Source: Mobula hypostoma (lineage: Eukaryota). From it: a stretch of DNA of 64,000 nt. A model generated the notes under the pieces. That model ran no database searches. It saw nothing but the letters and a program-made list of their open reading frames with translations, and was not told the origin of the DNA. The translations under genes and the position numbers were made by a program. Below, piece after piece: positions 61,400 to 64,000 of the stretch (positions are counted from its first letter, which is position 1; every line of letters starts with the position of its first letter). Where the stretch lies: positions 14,138,001-14,202,000 of the forward strand of contig NC_086118.1 of NCBI RefSeq assembly GCF_963921235.1, written 5' to 3'.

Positions 61400-64000
61400 G
61401 CTCTCGTGCCATTACATTATCAACACCTTGAGATGGACTAGGAACAGGCAAATGCTGGATAGGATGGGGACCTTCTCGTTGTGCCCACACCTGGCAACTT
61501 CCTTAAAGAGCGGTGACTCAAAAATGCGGCATCCATCATTTGGTTCTGGTAGCCAATTTCTCGCCAGATTCCCAACTATTGACATGAACCTTGTCAATCC
61601 AGGCAACGACCAACCCAGCATGACTCTTCTTGTTCTTGTCACTCTCACCCGGAGCTTTTAGTGCCGAGATGTAGTGGCACAAGGGGTCCAGCCCATGAAC
61701 CTCAGCAGCCACCACCACCAGGACCTGAACCCTGGGTTCAGGTCCCAATGGCTGCACAAGAACAGGTATTGAGCACAAGAGCAATAGAAGCAGAGGTCTA
61801 TCATGCCGGACAAGACCCAAGATGCAAACTGTGCAAGGAATCCACGAAAACCATCCAGCACATAGTAGCAGGGTGCAAGATGCAGGTAATGACAGCATGC
61901 ACTGAACGGCACAGCCAAGTTGCAGAAATTGTGTACAGGAACATCTGTGCTGAGTATGGATTGGACAGTTGTAAGTCAAAAGACAATAGACAATAGGTGC
62001 AGGAGTAGGCCATTCGGCCCTTTGAGCCAGCACCGCCATTCACTGTGGTCATGGCTGACCATCCACAATCAGTACCCCGTTCCTGCCTTCTCCCCATATC
62101 CCTTGACTCTGCCATCATTAAGAGCTCTATCTAACTCTTTCTTGAAAGCATCCAGAGAATTAGCCTCCACTGCCTTCTGAGGCAGAGCATTCCACAAATC
62201 CACAACTCTCTGGGTGAAATAGTATTTCCTCAACTCTGTTTTAAATGGCCTACCCCTTATTCTCAAATTGTGGCCTCTGGTTCTGGACTCCCCCAACATC
62301 GGGAATATGTTTCCTGTCTCTGGCGTGTCCAATCCCTTAATAATCTTATATGTTTCAATCAGATCCCCTCTCATCCTTCTAAATTCCAGTGTATGCAAGC
62401 CCAGTTGCTCCAATCTTTCAACATATGACAGTCCCGCCATCCCAGGAATTAACCTCATGAACCTAAGCTGCACTCCCTCAATAGCAAGAATGTCCTTCCT
62501 CAAATTTGGAGACCAAAACTGTACACAATACTCCAGGTGTGGTCTCACCAGGGCCCTGTACAACTGCAGAAGGACCTCTTTGCTCCTATACTCAACCCCC
62601 CTTGTTATGAAGGCCAACATGCCATTAGCTTTCTTCACTGCCTGCTGTACCTGCATGCTTACTTTCAGTGACTGATGAACAAGGACACCTACATCTCGTT
62701 GTACTTCCCCTTTTCCTAACTTGACACTATTCAAATAGTAATCAGCCTTCCTGTTCTTGCCACCAAAGTGGATAACCTCACATTTATCCACATTAAACTG
62801 CATCTGCCATGCATCTGCCCACTCACCCAACCCATCCAAGTCATCCTGCATTATCACAACATCCTACACACATTTCACACTGCCACCCAGCTTTGTGTCA
62901 TCTGCAAATTTGCTAATGTTACTTTTAATCCCTTCATCTAAATCATTAATGTATATTGTAAACAGCTGCGATCCCAGCACCGAGCCTTGCGGTACCCCAC
63001 TAATCACCAACTGCCATGCTGAAAGGGACCTACTCTTTGTTTTCTGTCTGCCAACCAATTTTCTGTCCATGTCAGTACCCTACCCCCAATACCATGTGCT
63101 CTAATTTTGCCCACTAATCTCTTATGTGGGACCTTATCAAAGGCTTTCTGAAAGCGCAGATACACTACATCCACTGGCTCTTCCTTGTCCATTTTCATAG
63201 TTACATCGTCAAAAAATTCCAGAAGATTCGTCAAGCATGACTTCCCCTTCGTAAATCCATGCTGACTCGGACCGATCCTGTTACTGCTATCCAAATGTGC
63301 CGCTATTTCATCCTTTATTATTGACTCCAGCATCATCACTGATGTCAGGCTAACTGATCTATAATTCCCTGTTTTCTCTCTCCCTCCTTTCTTAAAAAGT
63401 GGGATAACATTAGCTACCCTCCAGTCCTCAGGAACTGATCCTGAATCTATAGAACATTGGAAAATGATTACCAATGCGTCCACAATTTCTAGAGCCACCT
63501 CCTTAAGTACCCTGGGGTGCAGACCATCAGGCCCTGGGGATTTATCAGCCTTCAGTCTCATCAGTCTATCCAACACCATTCCAGAAGTCCAAATGGGAAA
63601 CATCTTAGAATGTAGTGGAGAATGACAGAGCTAAGATCCTGTGGGACTTCCAAATTACAGACTGATAGGCAGGTACTGACCAATCAATCAAACACAGTAA
63701 TACTGGACAAGGAACAGAAGAAAAAAACCTTAAGAGATGTGGTAATCCCAAATGACATTAACATCAGGAAGAAAGAATATGAAAAGCTAGAGAAATACCA
63801 AGGCTTGAATGAACAGATAGAAAAGATGTGGTAGGTTAAAACCAGAGTAATCCTGGTAGTGATAGGAGCACTTGGAGCTGTGACACCTGAACTTGGAGCA
63901 TGCAACCAACAAATCCTGGGAACGACATCTGAGATCTCAGTCCAGAAGAGCGCAACTACTAGGAACAGCAAGGATAGTGTGTCAAGCCCTCAAGCTCCCA
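61400..64000 (+). mobile_element. R4/Dong-like RLE non-LTR element, rearranged and split by CR1
   Basis: MAAQEQVLSTRAIEA...CKLCKESTKTIQHIVAGC (CCHC) at 61748-61970; after the CR1: ENDRAKILWDF, KKEYEKLEKYQGL, VVIGALGAVTP, SVQKSA; 61400-61720 looks like the inverted 5' end. Confidence 0.8.
61982..63584 (-). mobile_element. CR1 LINE, well-preserved RT and 3' end
   Basis: ORFs 63004-63603, 62864-63070 and 62069-62857: [35 protein letters not shown]; (CTATTGT)n tail; candidate TSD AAGTC(A/C)AAA. Confidence 0.95.

Overview
Vertebrate genomic DNA, most likely a cartilaginous fish (ray/skate; inferred only from the repeat landscape). The window holds nine consecutive internal coding exons (5109-55759, + strand, all AG/GT-bounded and phase-compatible) of a class B1 GPCR that I identify as the glucagon-like peptide-2 receptor (GLP2R). 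The first two and last two exons were not found and probably lie outside the window. The introns are packed with decayed and nested transposons: CR1, Rex1/Babar, RTE, HERO-like and R4/Dong-like non-LTR elements, Gypsy and BEL/Pao LTR elements, three solo LTRs, Tc1/mariner and hAT MITEs, tRNA-derived SINEs and many Penelope-like element (PLE) insertions. The most notable non-coding signal is that the PLE termini carry minimal type-I hammerhead ribozyme motifs, six with intact cores. Several PLE insertions also share one fold-back architecture: one complete 3' end, one clipped inverted 3' end, and mostly 10-14 bp target-site duplications (TSDs), with inverted arms from 15 bp to about 800 bp. PLE hammerheads are a known class, so I found no clearly new biological system. 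The most original candidates are the fold-back series, an in-frame zinc-finger/endonuclease fusion ORF in an RT-less HERO derivative, a possible HDV-like ribozyme beside a perfect palindrome at an R4 inversion junction, and unusual receptor substitutions. Coordinates of old, diverged repeats are approximate.
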